Assembly (NCBI GenBank): GCA_028534125.1
Contig: CM052816.1
Coordinates: 68,822,001-68,886,000 of the forward strand
Direction: 5' to 3'
Length of the DNA stretch: 64,000 bases
Source of the DNA: Lama glama
Lineage: Eukaryota
Below, piece by piece: positions 21,630 through 36,600 of the stretch. A program made the position numbers and the translations under genes. Each line of letters opens with the position of its first letter. Position 1 is the stretch's first letter. The notes below the pieces were generated by a model. That model was not told where the DNA came from. It saw only the letters and a program-made list of their open reading frames with translations, and did not search any database.

Positions 21630-24600
21630 GTATGAGCGGTCGGCCCCAGGCTCTCTCCCGAGCCGGTAGCTGCTAGTTCGAGGGAGAAGCCTTCGCACCT
21701 GGGCGGACCCTTAAAATTTGTATCTCCCACACCTGAAGTTGCTGGGTAGCACTGTTTAAATCAGTGTAAGCTGTTTGGGCCTCCAGGGTTCCGACCGTAA
21801 ACCTGTTTTAGGCTGGCCTCTGGCACCCAACCTCCACTTTTTCTCCTGAAAACAAAACGAAAATTGCATTAGCTCCTGTTTCAGCAGGGATCAATTCTGA
21901 GCCATCATCTAAACTAGCAAGGCGAATGCAGAGTAGTGTATGGAGTTATTAACCTGCTGGAGCCAGACGCATTTTCTATCTGCTCCTCAGACCGTTTTCA
22001 GCCACGATTAGTGTTTCCGCGTGTTCTGAAAAAATCAGTACTTAAGAAGAATTTTAGCACTTACAGACCGAATATAGGTATAATCTATTGTAAACTTATC
22101 AGCGGTCTTTACTGCAGCAGTGCACTTTTGCTTACTGTGCAGTGTGGCTTAATAACGAGGAGATTGCAGATTCCGGCTGCAGATGAACAGGACACTATAA
22201 CAGCAGATTTCAAAAGATGAACAGTTACAGCTGTTTTGTTCTGCTTAACTTGTTTGCTTGTAGTTCTTACTGAAATATGCGTCTAACAAATATTTATTGA
22301 AAACCCACTGTGTATCTGGCATGATGTTAGGGATGAGATAAGAAAAATAGACAAGTTATGTCTCCTGGAGTTTGCCAGTCTAATGGCAGACACAGGCATT
22401 CAGTAATTACACAAACATCGTTTTATGATTGATAAGTGCCACAAAGAAAAGCTAAGGAAGAAAATTTAACAGGGTAATCTAATTTTTGCTGGGGAGAAGG
22501 GGGTCATGGATGGTTGTTTTGAGAAAGTGACGGTTAAGCTGAGATCTAGAGGACGAATAGGTGTCAACTCTGTAAAAATGGAGGAAATAGTATTCCTGGC
22601 AGAGGTAAGGCACACCATATGCAACAATCTTGAGTCAGGTAACAGCATGGACCTTTGAGATACTCAGAATGTAAGCATTGCCTAAGGAGGAGAGATGAGA
22701 CTGAAGAAGTAGGCAGGTAACAAACCTTCAACTAGAAGGTACATAATAATTCTTTGTCATACAACTTACTGTTATGTTTTAACTTTTACTCTGTGAGTCA
22801 GTCTCTTTCTGACTCTCCCTTTGTCTTTTCCTGATATTTCTCTGAATTCTTTGAACTTTCTAATAGTCATATGTTGTATTCTTTGACTTCCCAATACCCC
22901 AGCCCCAAAATATGGCCATTACCAAAGATGTCAGTCGGTGGCAATATGGTCACCTCTCTTAAGCCCTTCTAGGAGAACGGCTTCCTTTACTTCTTCTGTC
23001 TTTTCCTTTGTAGATGACTTCTCAATCAGCATGTCCAGTCTTGGTCTCTAGTCCAAGCTCAAGTGAGCCATTTCTACATTTACTTGGACTTTTGGCCCTA
23101 TTTTGCAAGCATCTCAAATTTANNNNNNNNNNNNNNNNNNNNNNNNNNNNNNNNNNNNNNNNNNNNNNNNNNNNNNNNNNNNNNNNNNNNNNNNNNNNNN
23201 NNNNNNNNNNNNNNNNNNNNNNNNNNNNNNNNNNNNNNNNNNNNNNNNNNNNNNNNNNNNNNNNNNNNNNNNNNNNNNNNNNNNNNNNNNNNNNNNNNNN
23301 NNNNNNNNNNNNNNNNNNNNNNNNNNNNNNNNNNNNNNNNNNNNNNNNNNNNNNNNNNNNNNNNNNNNNNNNNNNNNNNNNNNNNNNNNNNNNNNNNNNN
23401 NNNNNNNNNNNNNNNNNNNNNNNNNNNNNNNNNNNNNNNNNNNNNNNNNNNNNNNNNNNNNNNNNNNNNNNNNNNNNNNNNNNNNNNNNNNNNNNNNNNN
23501 NNNNNNNNNNNNNNNNNNNNNNNNNNNNNNNNNNNNNNNNNNNNNNNNNNNNNNNNNNNNNNNNNNNNNNNNNNNNNNNNNNNNNNNNNNNNNNNNNNNN
23601 NNNNNNNNNNNNNNNNNNNNNNTTTTGATCATTATCACTTCCTGGTTTTTCTCAGCATCCTTACTGACTTTGTCATAAAATACAAACCATGTAGCTAGTA
23701 TCTAAACCTTCCTTTTTAGCCTTTTTACTAGTTCCTGTATTCAGCTAAGTCTGGTGTGTTTTTACTGCTCCAAATACAGCTGTTGGCTTTCTGCCTCCTT
23801 ATGTTTATTCTTGCTGTTTTCTCTTTTTGGAATGCCATTTGTCCCTAATACTATCTACCAAAATCCCATAATACCCACCCCAGATGTCAACTACTTTTTG
23901 AATTCTTCCTGTATCCACAGTTCATGTATCATTGTTGTTTGAATCATTCTTTTTGATATTTAAATATTGACTATTGTATGGTATGGTATTTGGTATTAGA
24001 TTTTGCCTATGTGAGGAATTATACATTTTACTTATCTTATAAAATTTTAGGAGGTAGGAACAGTTTCATGGATATGTATTAATATACCTCAGTATTTACT
24101 CAAGTGCTATGAATATAGTCATTCAAAAAATTTCTTGGATTAGTGACGAGGAAAAATTCAGAGGAATTATTAAGACCAAGAAATCAAGAAACAGAAAATG
24201 AGAGGTTATCTACCAAATTTGTAGGGATTTTTTTATAACCACGAATCAGTATATATAGCAGTATAAATAAAACGTAACAAGATTGACACTTGATTTTGTT
24301 TTCTTTTTCCTGTTTGGTTATTTTTATATGACATATAATAGGCCTGCTTTGAAAAAAAATGGAGAAGTACACAAAAAAAATTATCTCTGAACTCTTTGTT
24401 GTTCCCAATGTAAATATAATTGTTTAATCCATCTCTGTCTGTCTTCTCAAACAATTGCAGGATTGTGCATAGCGTACTTTCTCAAAATTAACTCCTGTCT
24501 AGAGGTAGAAAATGACTAGTGCCACAAAATGGCTGTTGGCACAACTCTGAGTAATCTTCCACTCCTGTCTTTTCATTTTGTTTGTTCATCAAATAATTCT

Positions 24601-27600
24601 TGAAGAGCTGCTGTGTACCAGGCAAGATTTTAGGCGCTGGGGATACCACAGAACAAAACAGACTGAGATCACTGTTTTCAAGAAGCCTACATTATTTGGG
24701 GCTGGTGGAGGGTGCTTACAACCATAAGGCTTGTGTTTGTGAAAATCCTTAAATCTAGTTGAGACTTAAAATCTTAAGAGGAAAATAAGACTAGGGGACT
24801 GATGTCATGAATAAACTCATTAAAAACCATTGTAAATATTTTTAAGGTCACCAAAATAAAACAGAAAAGGTGCATAAAGGTTAGAAAACAGTGACTTGAT
24901 AAAGAATAAATTGGGCGGTGTGGTTTGGTCTGTTTTGGTTTAGAACACAGATGGCTTTTCTGAGGAAAATCTGCTGAGGTGATTGGAAGCAACCAGCTCT
25001 TCTATCTGGAGACAGAACGTTTGAGGCTTAGGAAACAAGAGCAAAAGCCCTAAGATGGAAACAAGCTTGGCATGATACAGGAAGACAAGAAGAAATGTAT
25101 GGGTGGAGTGAGAGAAGGGGCTGGTGGTGGTGTTAGATGGGAGAAAGACCTTAGCAAGGGGACTAGTCAGGTAGTTCTGGCAGTACAGTCTTCCTCACCA
25201 ACCTTAGAATATATCAGCTCACTCTCATTTATTCTCTAGATACCCTTTCCTTCCCCTTTATAGCCTATTTGGATAATAACCTGCTTAGTTACTCCACCAG
25301 TGTATGAGCTCCATGAGGATAAGGAATGGGTCTTATTTATCCCTGATTGGGTCCCTTGGCTGGTTTTGATCCCCTTTGCAGATGTATGCTGTTGGTCAGA
25401 GGGAGTCAGGGTGCCTCAGTGCACTTAGCAGCAGCACCTCAATGTGAATGTCTTAGTGATGCTGGGCCATTATAATCACTATGATGAAAAATGCAATACA
25501 ATATAAAAGGAATATGTTCTAAAAGAAAGAGTATTAGGCAATGAGAAGTAGGTTCTGGTTGATGCTTTTTTTTAATTGGCTGAGTCATGTTGAGGAAATC
25601 ACTTGGTTTTTCTTTGCTTCAACTTTAATGTAATAAATATTTTTGAGAGCCAGTTATACGTGATGCATTGTTTCATGAACTGTCATTATAAAATTTAAAT
25701 ATTTAGTGCTTTTGCCTTGGAGATACATACTGCACACGTCCTTATTTCCAGTAACTCCCTCCATCTCAAACAGAAAACTGAAACTTACAGAGAAAAGTCT
25801 CTTAAGCAGCAAGAAAGATAGCTGTCATAAATCTTATGCACACTACTTGGCAAAAAGAATGGGAACCATTGTTGTTCCATGGCCTATTGACTTAGAATTG
25901 TATTTGAAAATAAGGTTGCTAATTTACAAGTTTCATTAACTGTTTTCTTGTGGTACCTTTACTTTTCCCTAGGTAATTAGAATCTAGGGGTGAGGAGCTA
26001 TTAGGTTAGCATTCTGAAAGTTGGCAGCTGACAGGAGACCAAGAATCACCAAATAGAAAATTAGAGCAGCCTCAGAGAATTGAGTAGCCTCGGCAATCTT
26101 CTCAGCATGGTCATAGATATTCATAATAAGTAATGCATCATGAAAGGCTTTGAATTTTGCTTACTGTAATATATATTATGGCAGGAAATGTAAATACAAT
26201 TTACAAGGACTTACATCAAATTATTTTTAAAACGCATTTGAAATTCTTGAGTTTTTGTTCATGCTGATTAAAAATCTTAAATGAACATGTTTTAGGAAGA
26301 ATTTGAAAAATGAAAGGGCTTTACTGGTTTACTTGATTTAAATGGTGATATCTCTGTGGCAAGACTTATTGCTTCAGTTCCTCAGAGTATTGATTAAAAT
26401 GAGAATACACCATTTTTAGAGGCCCTGATTGACACCCAGTGAATGTGCAGCAGTGTGTGTGTTCATTCTCCTGACATTCTGGGAACTTTGATCTTTTATT
26501 TGCCCTCTACAAGTCTGCAGTGTAAGCTGACCTCAAGGAGGTAATACGGTTGGACCTCTTATGTGGTTGGAGACAAATGAGAGCTGACTGCAATCTTTAA
26601 TTCACTAATTAAAAAAAATAAAACCGAAAAAAGATTATTAAAGGAATTTACAATCTTACACATCAATCTTGAACTGTTTCTCAGTATAGTCTTGGTAATG
26701 AAATGTTCATCAGTCTGTACCTTTTCAAAAAGGATTATAATTTGGGCCCTTCTGTGGGTTTAGGGACTTCTAAAACTCTAATTAGTGTGCTAAATTTGTG
26801 AATGAATTTACTACAACGGATAAGACCCTCAGAAATGGTTAAAGACTACTACATGTATTTTCCTTTATGAGCATTGGCATGGGTTTAGAGCAAGGTTACT
26901 GAAATTAAGGTAAAGTCTGAGACTAAAAGATGAGGAAACTAACCATACTATACCAGAATTGTTATTATCTTTTAACATATTCTATAGGTAACTTTGAGTA
27001 CCTCCTTAACTATAGGACAGAAGTAATTCAGGGAACCACAAATATCCCTAGTTCAGACTGCTCAGATGTAAATAGTTGTTCTCAAAAAACTTTGGTTTTT
27101 CTTTCTAAATGCTTCATTAAGTAGCATCTTAAAAAGAACAACCCAATATAAGTTCTTGACTTTTAAAATCATAATAAGCAACTTTTAAATTTAATGTTTA
27201 GGTTTCTCTCTTAAAATGAAAAAAAAATCCTTATTTTAAGATTTATAAAAGCAGGGTAACTAGATTTTATATGACTCTAGGATTATTTTTATATAGCAGT
27301 GGTTCTCAAAGTGCACTCAGGGTATCCTGGGGGAATACTTGAGACCTTTCTAGCAGAGGCTTAATGAGATCAAACTATGTTTTTAATCTAAAATGTTATT
27401 TGCCATTTTTATGCTAATTTTCTTACTAATGTATTGTGACTGCATGATGTGGGGTATTACAGAAGATTGAATGCAGAAGTTAGACATTAAGAGATTTGCA
27501 AAAATAAAACTTCTTTTGCTTTGGAAAATACACTAATTCATAAAAAGTATTAACACGTAGTGGGTTTATTATTTTTAATGAATTAATGAATTTTATAAAA

Positions 27601-30600
27601 TTTCCTATTAATTTATAATTTGATAAATATTAATTATAACCCACATAAACAAAAATAATTGTAGATGTTCAATAATTTTTAAAGAGTAAGGAGATCATGA
27701 GACCAAAGGTTTGAAAATAAATTTATTCCTTCCTGGTTATTCATTATTAGACGACTGCTGATACATAGCATTTCTGTAGATGGGAAGAGACTTGGCAACT
27801 ATAGTGAGTTGAGTAGTGTCCCCCAAAAGTTCGTGTCCACCTGGAACCTCAGAATATGATCTTATTTGGAAATAAGATCTTTGTATGAGGACCTTGAGAT
27901 AAAATCATCCTGGACATAGGGAGGGACCTAAATCCAATGACTATTACCCAGAGAAAGGAGAGGGAGATTTGGACACAGAGAAGTCCATGTGAAGACTCAT
28001 TTTAAGAAGGAAACAGACAAGCCAGACAACACCTTGGGTTACCAGAAACCAGGAGATCCAAGAAAGGACTCTTGTCTAGAGCCTTCAGAGGGAGTATGGT
28101 CCTATTGACACCTTGATTTTAGTCTTCTGGCCTCCAGAATTGTGAGAGAGTATTTCTGTTATGGTCAGCCACCAAGGTTTGTGGTAATTTGTTACAGCAG
28201 CCTTGGAAACAAATATAGCAACCTTGTACTTAATGGAAGAGGATGATAAGGACTCCCACCTCCTTTTTGCCTTAGGAGGAATACTTTCTCTTCAAAATTA
28301 CCCATCTACTCTGCCGGGAATCAAATATTCTCTGAGAGGTCTTACTTCAGCCAAGTGCCAGGCAGAAAAGCATCCAATTTTTAAATACATGGAGGTAAAT
28401 TTAATCTACAAGATAAACAGGCATTTGTACTTTATAAGAAACTGGTTAAGCTAGAGAGTGCTAAGCAGTAAAATGTTTTCCAAAATTTAGAGGGAGGATT
28501 GCTGACTTTTAGATTGAGTTATTTGGTGAAATGGGAAAGAGAGCTGAAATCAAACATTTAATATTTAGCAATTTTTAGAGGAAAATAGTGTGATGTATAT
28601 GGGTATTAATCATTAAATTGCCTTGACTGTTTATTGTCTGTGATATACAGGTCCGAAAATTTATAGTTTTAATTCTGCAAATGATTCTGGTGGTCCTGCA
28701 AATCTGGATAAATCTATTTTGAAAGTGAGTACCAAGATCTTGAGTCATTTCAAGAAATATTACCTTAAAAAAAGAAAAATACTATATTCTTAAATGTAAG
28801 CAAGTGATGAGGTATTTTTAATTTTTGTAACTAGTGCAATAATTGCTCATCTGTACTAAATAGATGTAAATCATACACATCTGTTGAGAGCCTATAAGAA
28901 ATTAAGAAAGAAGTGGATAAGGTCCAGACTTCTGAGTATATCATACACACCCTTTCATATCTGACTTAGTATACCTTTCTAGCCTCTTCTCCACTTAAAA
29001 TTTTAGTTCACATCTCATTGTTCCCCCAAATTGCTAACACACCAGGTTGATTTTACCGGTGGTTCCATCAGCACTTCTTATATCTTTTTAAATAATTACC
29101 ATGCTGGGTTACAATTTATCTTTTTATACATGTGTCCTGTGCTAGACTGAATTCCTGAAGTATATTTTTTTGCTTTGGTCATAGTGGGCATTGAGTAAAG
29201 ATGTAATCGAAAAGGAAGGTATTCTTATGGATAGATGTTTGTGTAATGTTAGGTTAAATATATGGAAACAGCAGAAAATATAATGGCTAGTAGGAAAAAA
29301 ATAGGGGACAAACTCTGGAAGCCAAAATAATTTGTGTAATTTAACTATTAAAATTTATATAGCTTTACTTTTACTTGATATACCCCTTTTTAGTGTAGTA
29401 TCCATTCCTTCAGGCTGTATGCTTGGCCTAATTTATATTAAGGCAAATTTCTGGATTCTGTCCCCAAGGATTCTGATTCAGTAATATTGGGATAGAGCTT
29501 AGAAATCTATGTGGTAACAGTCTAAAGGGTGGTCCACAGACAGTGTCTTGAGACATGGCTGCAAGAGATTTTATAAAAGAATTTTTTTCTTGCCACATGT
29601 TGTTGCTTTTTCCGTATCCCATTTTTTCTTAAATATATGGTAGGCATGTGGTTCAGTAATGATACAACATATGATAATCACTATCTGATTAACTGAAATT
29701 CTGGTCTTAGTTGGCAGGGATATAGAAAACTGTGTGATTTGCTTCTAATTATTTCATTATTAAATTTAATAATTCAGCTTCTAATTGATATGACTTTTTG
29801 ACTTCAACAGGTGGTAATTAATAACAAACTGGAGCAAAAAATTATTGGAGTGATCAATGAGCATAAAAAGCAAAATAATGACAAGGGAGTGATTTCTGGA
29901 AGACTTACTGCCAAAAAATTACAGGTATTTTGCAAACTTTTTTTTAAGCTACTTATTTTTAGTGGAGCATTTTAAAGATAGCTCCACTTGTGAGATAAAA
30001 TGACATTTTCAATGTCATTGACATTTCATATTAATTCCATCTGCAATTAATGGGAAAGGAATTGTGCTAGATACAAGTGCATGTATTAAAATAGTGATAT
30101 GAAAAATAAGTTACATTCCTAAAATTATGTTGGACTTATGGTGGGCACTTTGCATACTTTTTTTCTGACATACAAATCCTGGGAAGTATTTTGCCGCACT
30201 TTTCAAATAAAGGAATTGAGGCTTGGAAAGATTCCATGAATTATAGCCTGAGTTGTTAATTACTAAGTAGCAAAGTAAGCAGAGTCTGGATTTGAACCCA
30301 TCCTGCCCAGCTCTAAAAATCATGCCTTAGAAAGTACATTAAAAAGCTTTATGTATGAACATGTTCGCACTGCTTTTAATTAAAAAAAAAATCCTAAGTA
30401 GTGGTTACCAATATGAAAATCTATAGATTATGATATTTCTACCCAGAGGAATATTATGTAACTGTTAAAAGTGATGAACAGCTTCAAATAATTTGGGAAG
30501 GTGCTTATGTTATAATGTTGAGTGAAATTTGTTCTTACAAAATCATAGAAAAATGACTGAAAGGAAACTACATTGAATACTACAATGTAAACAGTATCTT

Positions 30601-33600
30601 GGTAGAGAGAATATGAGCAGCTTCTCCTGGTTCTTTTTTATTTCTGTAGTTCTCAAATTCTCAATACAGTGAGCACATTGAACTTTTGTAACTGGAAAAT
30701 ATTTTTTACGTTTGTGTCAGTTTCTGGTTTAAAATTAATGGGAGAATAGCCTTATGAAATGAAAGGGGAAAAAAAGGACAGAATGATGTTTTTACGTTTT
30801 CCTTTCATAGGATTTATATATGGCTTTACAAGCATTTTCATTTAAGACTAAGGACATTGAAGATGCCATGACAAACACACTCTTACATGGAGGTGATCTT
30901 CATTCTGCCTTGGATTGGCTCTGTTTAAACCTTTCAGATGGTAAGCAATATTGTCATAAAAGTCTTTCAGTTTATAAAACTTTTTGAAATAATTTCAGTA
31001 TTTATGATATTTATATCAGGTTTTTGATTTGTACTTAAAGTTTTTTTCACTGTTTTTATTTTTAGAATATTCTTATCTTTTTCTAATCTTTTCAGTATAT
31101 TCTTAGAGGTTGTGGTCTGTGCAAGAAGAAAGTATTCTTTTGTGTGCTGCTTTCAGTTGTTGATAGCCATTTTGCAATGCACTTGAGACAGCAAATTCTC
31201 AAAGTTTGCCTATCTGTAACCTGTCAGGTTGTGTATCCTTGTTTTGGTTTAAAAACTAGAGCTGTCTGCTTATGGATAAATAATATTTCATTAAGCAGAA
31301 GGTTTAGGTTGTAATCTTTGGCAGAAACCTGGAGTGCAAATTGTTTATATGGCTGATTAAGGATACTACCACTTAGTATGACAGGCAGCCAAGGAGAGGG
31401 AAATGTTAAGATTTTCTTACGAAAATTTAGGAGTCTTAACCCACTGAGGGTGAAATAAATGGCCAAATAGAGATGTGCTGGTTGTCATCTGGTGAGTGTT
31501 CCCACTGGTTTGATGATAAAACTATGTTCTTCATAGTGTTTCTATTCTTAGAAGATGAGGGGTAGAAGAAAATTAAGTACTCTTTGCCTAGGCAAGGTTT
31601 ATATGTATGTTTAATGAATATTTGTGTATTTTATGTATCATGTACATGTTTATTTTCATCCCAATTTCTCTTAAGATGCACGTTTAATGAATATTTGTGT
31701 ATTTTATGTATCATGTACATGTTTATTTTCATCCCAATTTCTCTTAAGATGCACTTCCTGAGGGATTCAGTCAGGAATTTGAAGAGCAACAACCTAAAAG
31801 CAGGCCAAAATTCCAGTCTCCTCAAATACAAGCCACTGCTTCACTTCCACTGCAACCTAAAGCCAAAAAACAAGAGGAAGATCCTAAGATTAAGGTAATT
31901 TAAGAATTAAACATTCGGAGTTGTATAAAATCAGAATGATGCACATGCAGCAGTTCATAAGAGTATAATTATTAGGTTGCAGTAACATTTTTACTTATTG
32001 AAAATGACTAATGGTTTGCCAAACTCTTCTATCACTGCCAGTTTCCGTTACCTATTGCTACATAACAAACCAGCCAAAAACGTTGTGGCTTACGGCAATA
32101 ATTTATTTTCTTATGATTTTGCAGTCTGGGCTGGCTCAGCTAGGTAGTTCTTTTGTTCCATGAGGTATCTCCTCAGTCTGGAACATCCAAAATGATTTCG
32201 TTACTCACATGATTAGTGCCTCAGCTAGGGTCTAGCAAAGCATCTCTCTCTCTCCAGATGACTAGCTCAGGTTTCCTCTCATATGGTGATGTTGATATCT
32301 AGCTTCCTGGAGCAAGTATCTTAAGATGATAAGCCCCAATGTACAAATTTTTACCAAGCTCTTGCTTGTATCACTCTTTTCTGAGGGGGAGGTAATTAGG
32401 TTTCTTCATTGATTTCTGCTTGGAGGAGGTACCAGAGATTGAACCCGGGACCTCTTGCGTGCTCATAGAAACAGAGAATAGAATGGTAGTTACTTGGGGC
32501 TAAGGGGAGGATAGGCAAATGGGGAAATGTTGCTTAATGGTTATACAATTTCAGTTATGCAAGATGAATAAGTTCTAGAGAACTGCTGTGCAACATAGCG
32601 CCTAACAGTACAGTGCACTTTAGAATATGTTAAGAGGCTAGATCTAATGTTAAGAATTCTTAGCAGAGCTACCCCTCTGCCCAACCACCAAAATGCACAC
32701 ACACAAGAATACACAAAAATTTTTGGAGGTGTTGGATATGTTTGGTACCTTGATTGTAGTGATGGTATTACGAGTATATCCATGTATCCAAACTCCTAAA
32801 AATGATGAGTTTATATATACATATAAAAAATTAACATATCCTTATAATAATATATACATTAAACGTGCAGTTTTTAATGTGTCAGTCATACATCAATGAA
32901 CAAAACAAAACAACAATATCTATGGAAGCATCATCCCCACAAAATCACTGTTTTTAAGGAATAACACTAGTTTTTAACAGTTCCTTCTTTTATTTTTGCC
33001 TTTTTCTGTAAATGTATTCTTTGGATTATATGAATTTAGACTTATTAATGTAATGTTGAGTTAAGTTCATTTGTCCTTCACTGAACAGTAAAGAATGTGA
33101 TTTTTTGAGGCATATGTGTCTCCTGTTTCTGAGAGTAAAGAAATTATAAAAGCAGTAACACTTGATGATAGTTTTGACACCTTTTTCTAATTTTGGTTTT
33201 TCAGATATTTGTTTTTTTCTTTCTAGCCAAAAAAGGAAGAAAAAAATTTGGAAGTAAATATGAAAGAATGGATTTTGAGGTACGCTGAACAACAAAATGA
33301 AGAGGAAAAAAGTGAGAACTCTAAAAGTTTAGAAGAGGAAAGATTTGACCCTGTGAGTAGAAATTTATATTGGGCTTCTAGCTGGATAATCCTAGCAAAA
33401 TATTTAACTTCTCTGAGACTTAGCTTCCTCATTGGTAAATTGAAGAAATGCTTACCTGTTGGAGTTTATATGAAGATTAAACAAAATAACGCTTAGGGAA
33501 AAACATTACATAAAATAACTGCCTAATAGATGTTAAGTGCATTCCTCTGTGTTTAAAGAGATCATCACCAAATATTTTTAAATGATTGTTATGTGTAAGG

Positions 33601-36600
33601 AATATGCTAAATTATTTGGATTATTTTTAAAAGCACATTCCTTTATAGAGGAAATCCATTACCTAGACAGAAAAAACCTAGATATCATAAGATAAACTAA
33701 AAATACAACGTTAAGGGAAAAAAGCAAGTTGTGAGAAGAAAATAATATAAAAGATATATCCGATAAAGGACTTCTGTCTAGAATTCATAAAGAAGTTTTA
33801 AAAGGACAACAGACACTTTACAAAAGTAGTTATATTGGTGGCCAATAAACATGTAAAAATAAGTTCAGTATTGCTAGTAATCAAGAGAAATGAAAACTGC
33901 AATGAAATACCACTGTGTATCTATCAGAATGGCTAAAATTGGAAAGGTAAATAATACCAAGTGTTGGGAGGATGTGGAGCAACTGGAACACTCATACTTC
34001 GTAAGAGTATGAAATGAAATGGTACAACCACTTGGAAGACTGGCACTTTCTTATGAAGTTAGACATACACTTGTCATATGATCTAACAATTTTATTCCTA
34101 GGTATTTACACAAGAAAAATGAAAATGTCAACAAAAAAAGACTTGTACACAGATGTTCCTAGCAACTTTATTTATAATAGCCAAACACTGCAAGCAAGCC
34201 TCAAAAACATTATATAAGGATGAGAGAAGCTAGGCACAAATGAGTACATACTGAACAATTTCATTATATTAAATTCCAGAGAAGTCATCTATGCAAAATC
34301 AATCTCTAGTGAGGGAAAGCAGATCATTGGTAGCCTGAGTCCAGGGATGTGGGAGGGAGATTGACTATTAGGCATGATGAGGAAACTTTTGGGTGTGAAG
34401 GCAGTGTTTTATATCTTGATTATAATGATGGTTATGTAGATGTATACATTTATCAAACACATTCACTTATACATTTAAAATGGGTGCCTTTTATTATAAG
34501 TGAATCATACCTTTATAAAGTTGGTTTAGAAAGAAAAAAAGGAAGTTGCAGAACAAGCATGTGTGGTATGATGAACTCATTTGTGTAAAAGAAAAAAATA
34601 TATATACATATATTTGCATTCTTATGTACAGAAAGAAAACATCTGGAGAGATATACAAGAAGCTATTACTAGTTATTAGGACTGGGGTTGTTGGAGTGGG
34701 AGGGAGGCTTTTTTTAATAATCTGTATCCTTTAAGCTTTTTCAACCATGTGCCTGTATGGAAGTAGCATAAACAAAAAGAATTTAAGACAGTACAAGTCT
34801 TATTTTGAGGTTCAGAGAAGGAAGAGTTTTCTTCTCATTGGAGCATTAGGTCAGGACTCCATAGAAGAGAGGTGGGACTTGAAGGATATATAAAGTGTGC
34901 AAGGCAGCAAAAAATGGGAAGATGGTCCAGATGGATGAAATAGTGTGAATAAGGGTACAGAAGAAGAATTATGCAAGGGGCCTTTGGGATTAAACAATAG
35001 ACAGAGGGCAGAACATGTAGGTGAGTACTGGCAGATAGGAGTAAACAGGTAAGTTCATCTGAGACTAGAAGATTTTGATGCCCAGAATATGAATTTGACA
35101 ACTTTTCCTATTGATTGTAAAGAGTCGCTAGAAGTGTAGGGGCAGGTGACTGACAAGAAGAATTTGACATTTTAGGTCAAATTTAGTACTGCTTGAGGTG
35201 GTTTGCAAAAGGTAGGCCATTTTGGTAGCTCCTGCACCTGCTCAGGTATGAAATAATAAGGTCCCAAATTGGGAATTAGAAGAAAAACTGTTAAAGCAAG
35301 AATCAATAGAAATTGGTGACTTACTGAATATAAAAGTTAAGCCAAAGACAGCAAGAGATTCATAGGTGAAGGGGTGGTGGTATCAATGCCACAGATAGGA
35401 AAGATTGAAAGAATGAATATAATTTGGTTGAATTTGAGAAGATAGCTAACCCTTCTATCTGTTACACTGTATTGATGTTGACTTCTACACAAAATCGCCC
35501 CAGAATTCAGGTGGTTGTGGCTTCTTTAGTGTCTCTTGCCTTCCTCTCAGTAGTTGTTTTAAATAGCAGCATTGCACATGCCCTGTTCTCCACCCTGGTG
35601 CTTTGATGCTTCTCATCTATTAACCTAACCTAAAGGAAAACACCAGTAATTTGAGTTCAGCTTTAAACTCTGTCCAGGTTTTGCTCAACAGAGTTAAATC
35701 CTTAAGTTTTATAACACCTGTTTTCCCCAAAGGCCATTTTTTTTAATGCCCCTATCTATCTTCCATAAGATAGAGATTATAGGAAAGTAACTTTCAGATA
35801 AAAATATTATTGCATTATTGTGTATACAATCCTTTAAACATGTATTTATAAAACGTATAAAAATTTAATTTTTCTTTTTACAGAAATGAGCTCATACTTC
35901 TTTTTATTCTGTAGTTTGCTTTATGTAACATGTCAGGGAAGTTTCTCCATGTGGCTCACCTTCATTCTTTCGCTACCTCATCTTTTTTACACGGCTGACT
36001 AGTTTTCTCTGTAGATATGTACCACACTTGATTTTCAATTTTCCTTTTCAGTCAATTCGGAGTAAACATCTATATACCTGCAAATCTGCACATTTGTATT
36101 ATTTCTCTATGAAAAATTTCTAGAAGTAGATTTGTTGGTTCAAAGAATAAGATAAAAAATCACAGGTTTTGATATAATACACTGATGATAGATAAACTAA
36201 TCTGGCCTTTTTCTTTCTTTATCATCATCATCTTTGAAACAACAGAATGAAAGGTACTTGCACCTTGCAGCAAAACTTCTGGATGCAAAGGAGCAAGCAG
36301 CTACTTGTAAACTAGAAAAAAACAAGCAAGGCCAAAAAGAGGCTCAAGAAAAAATAAGGAAATTTCAAAGAGGTAAACACTTCAAAATTCTTAGATGTAT
36401 AAATGTCTTTTCTTTATCAGCCTTTCTTGGATGGAGGTTGCCTCTTTTTTCCTAGTAATTTTTTCTAATAATTTTCCTAATAATTTATACTTGGGATGGG
36501 CAAACTTTTTTTACAAGAAGCCAAATAGTAAATACTGTAGATTTTGCAATTTGTTATGATTACTCAGCTCTGCTGTCACAGCATAAAAGCAGCTATAGGC

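Larger units (their letters stand above)
20600..21800. promoter_or_regulatory. CpG island and bidirectional promoter shared by MTREX and DHX29
   Basis: Sharp rise in GC and CpG against an AT-rich background; divergent start codons 443 bp apart; CCAAT at 21298-21302; CRE-like TGACGCCA near 21071; ETS-like GGAA/GGAT cores. Confidence 0.88.

Noticed and set aside
20653..21730. Several overlapping ORFs of 79-168 aa on both strands around the promoter
   Set aside because: Expected from stop-poor GC-rich DNA and shadows of MTREX and DHX29 exon 1; no recognisable protein
23014..23698. Four long ORFs in the ORF track
   Set aside because: They are open only because they cross the 500-N gap
31584..31898. 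104-aa ORF with an internal repeat
   Set aside because: By-product of the 73-bp intronic duplication, out of frame with DHX29
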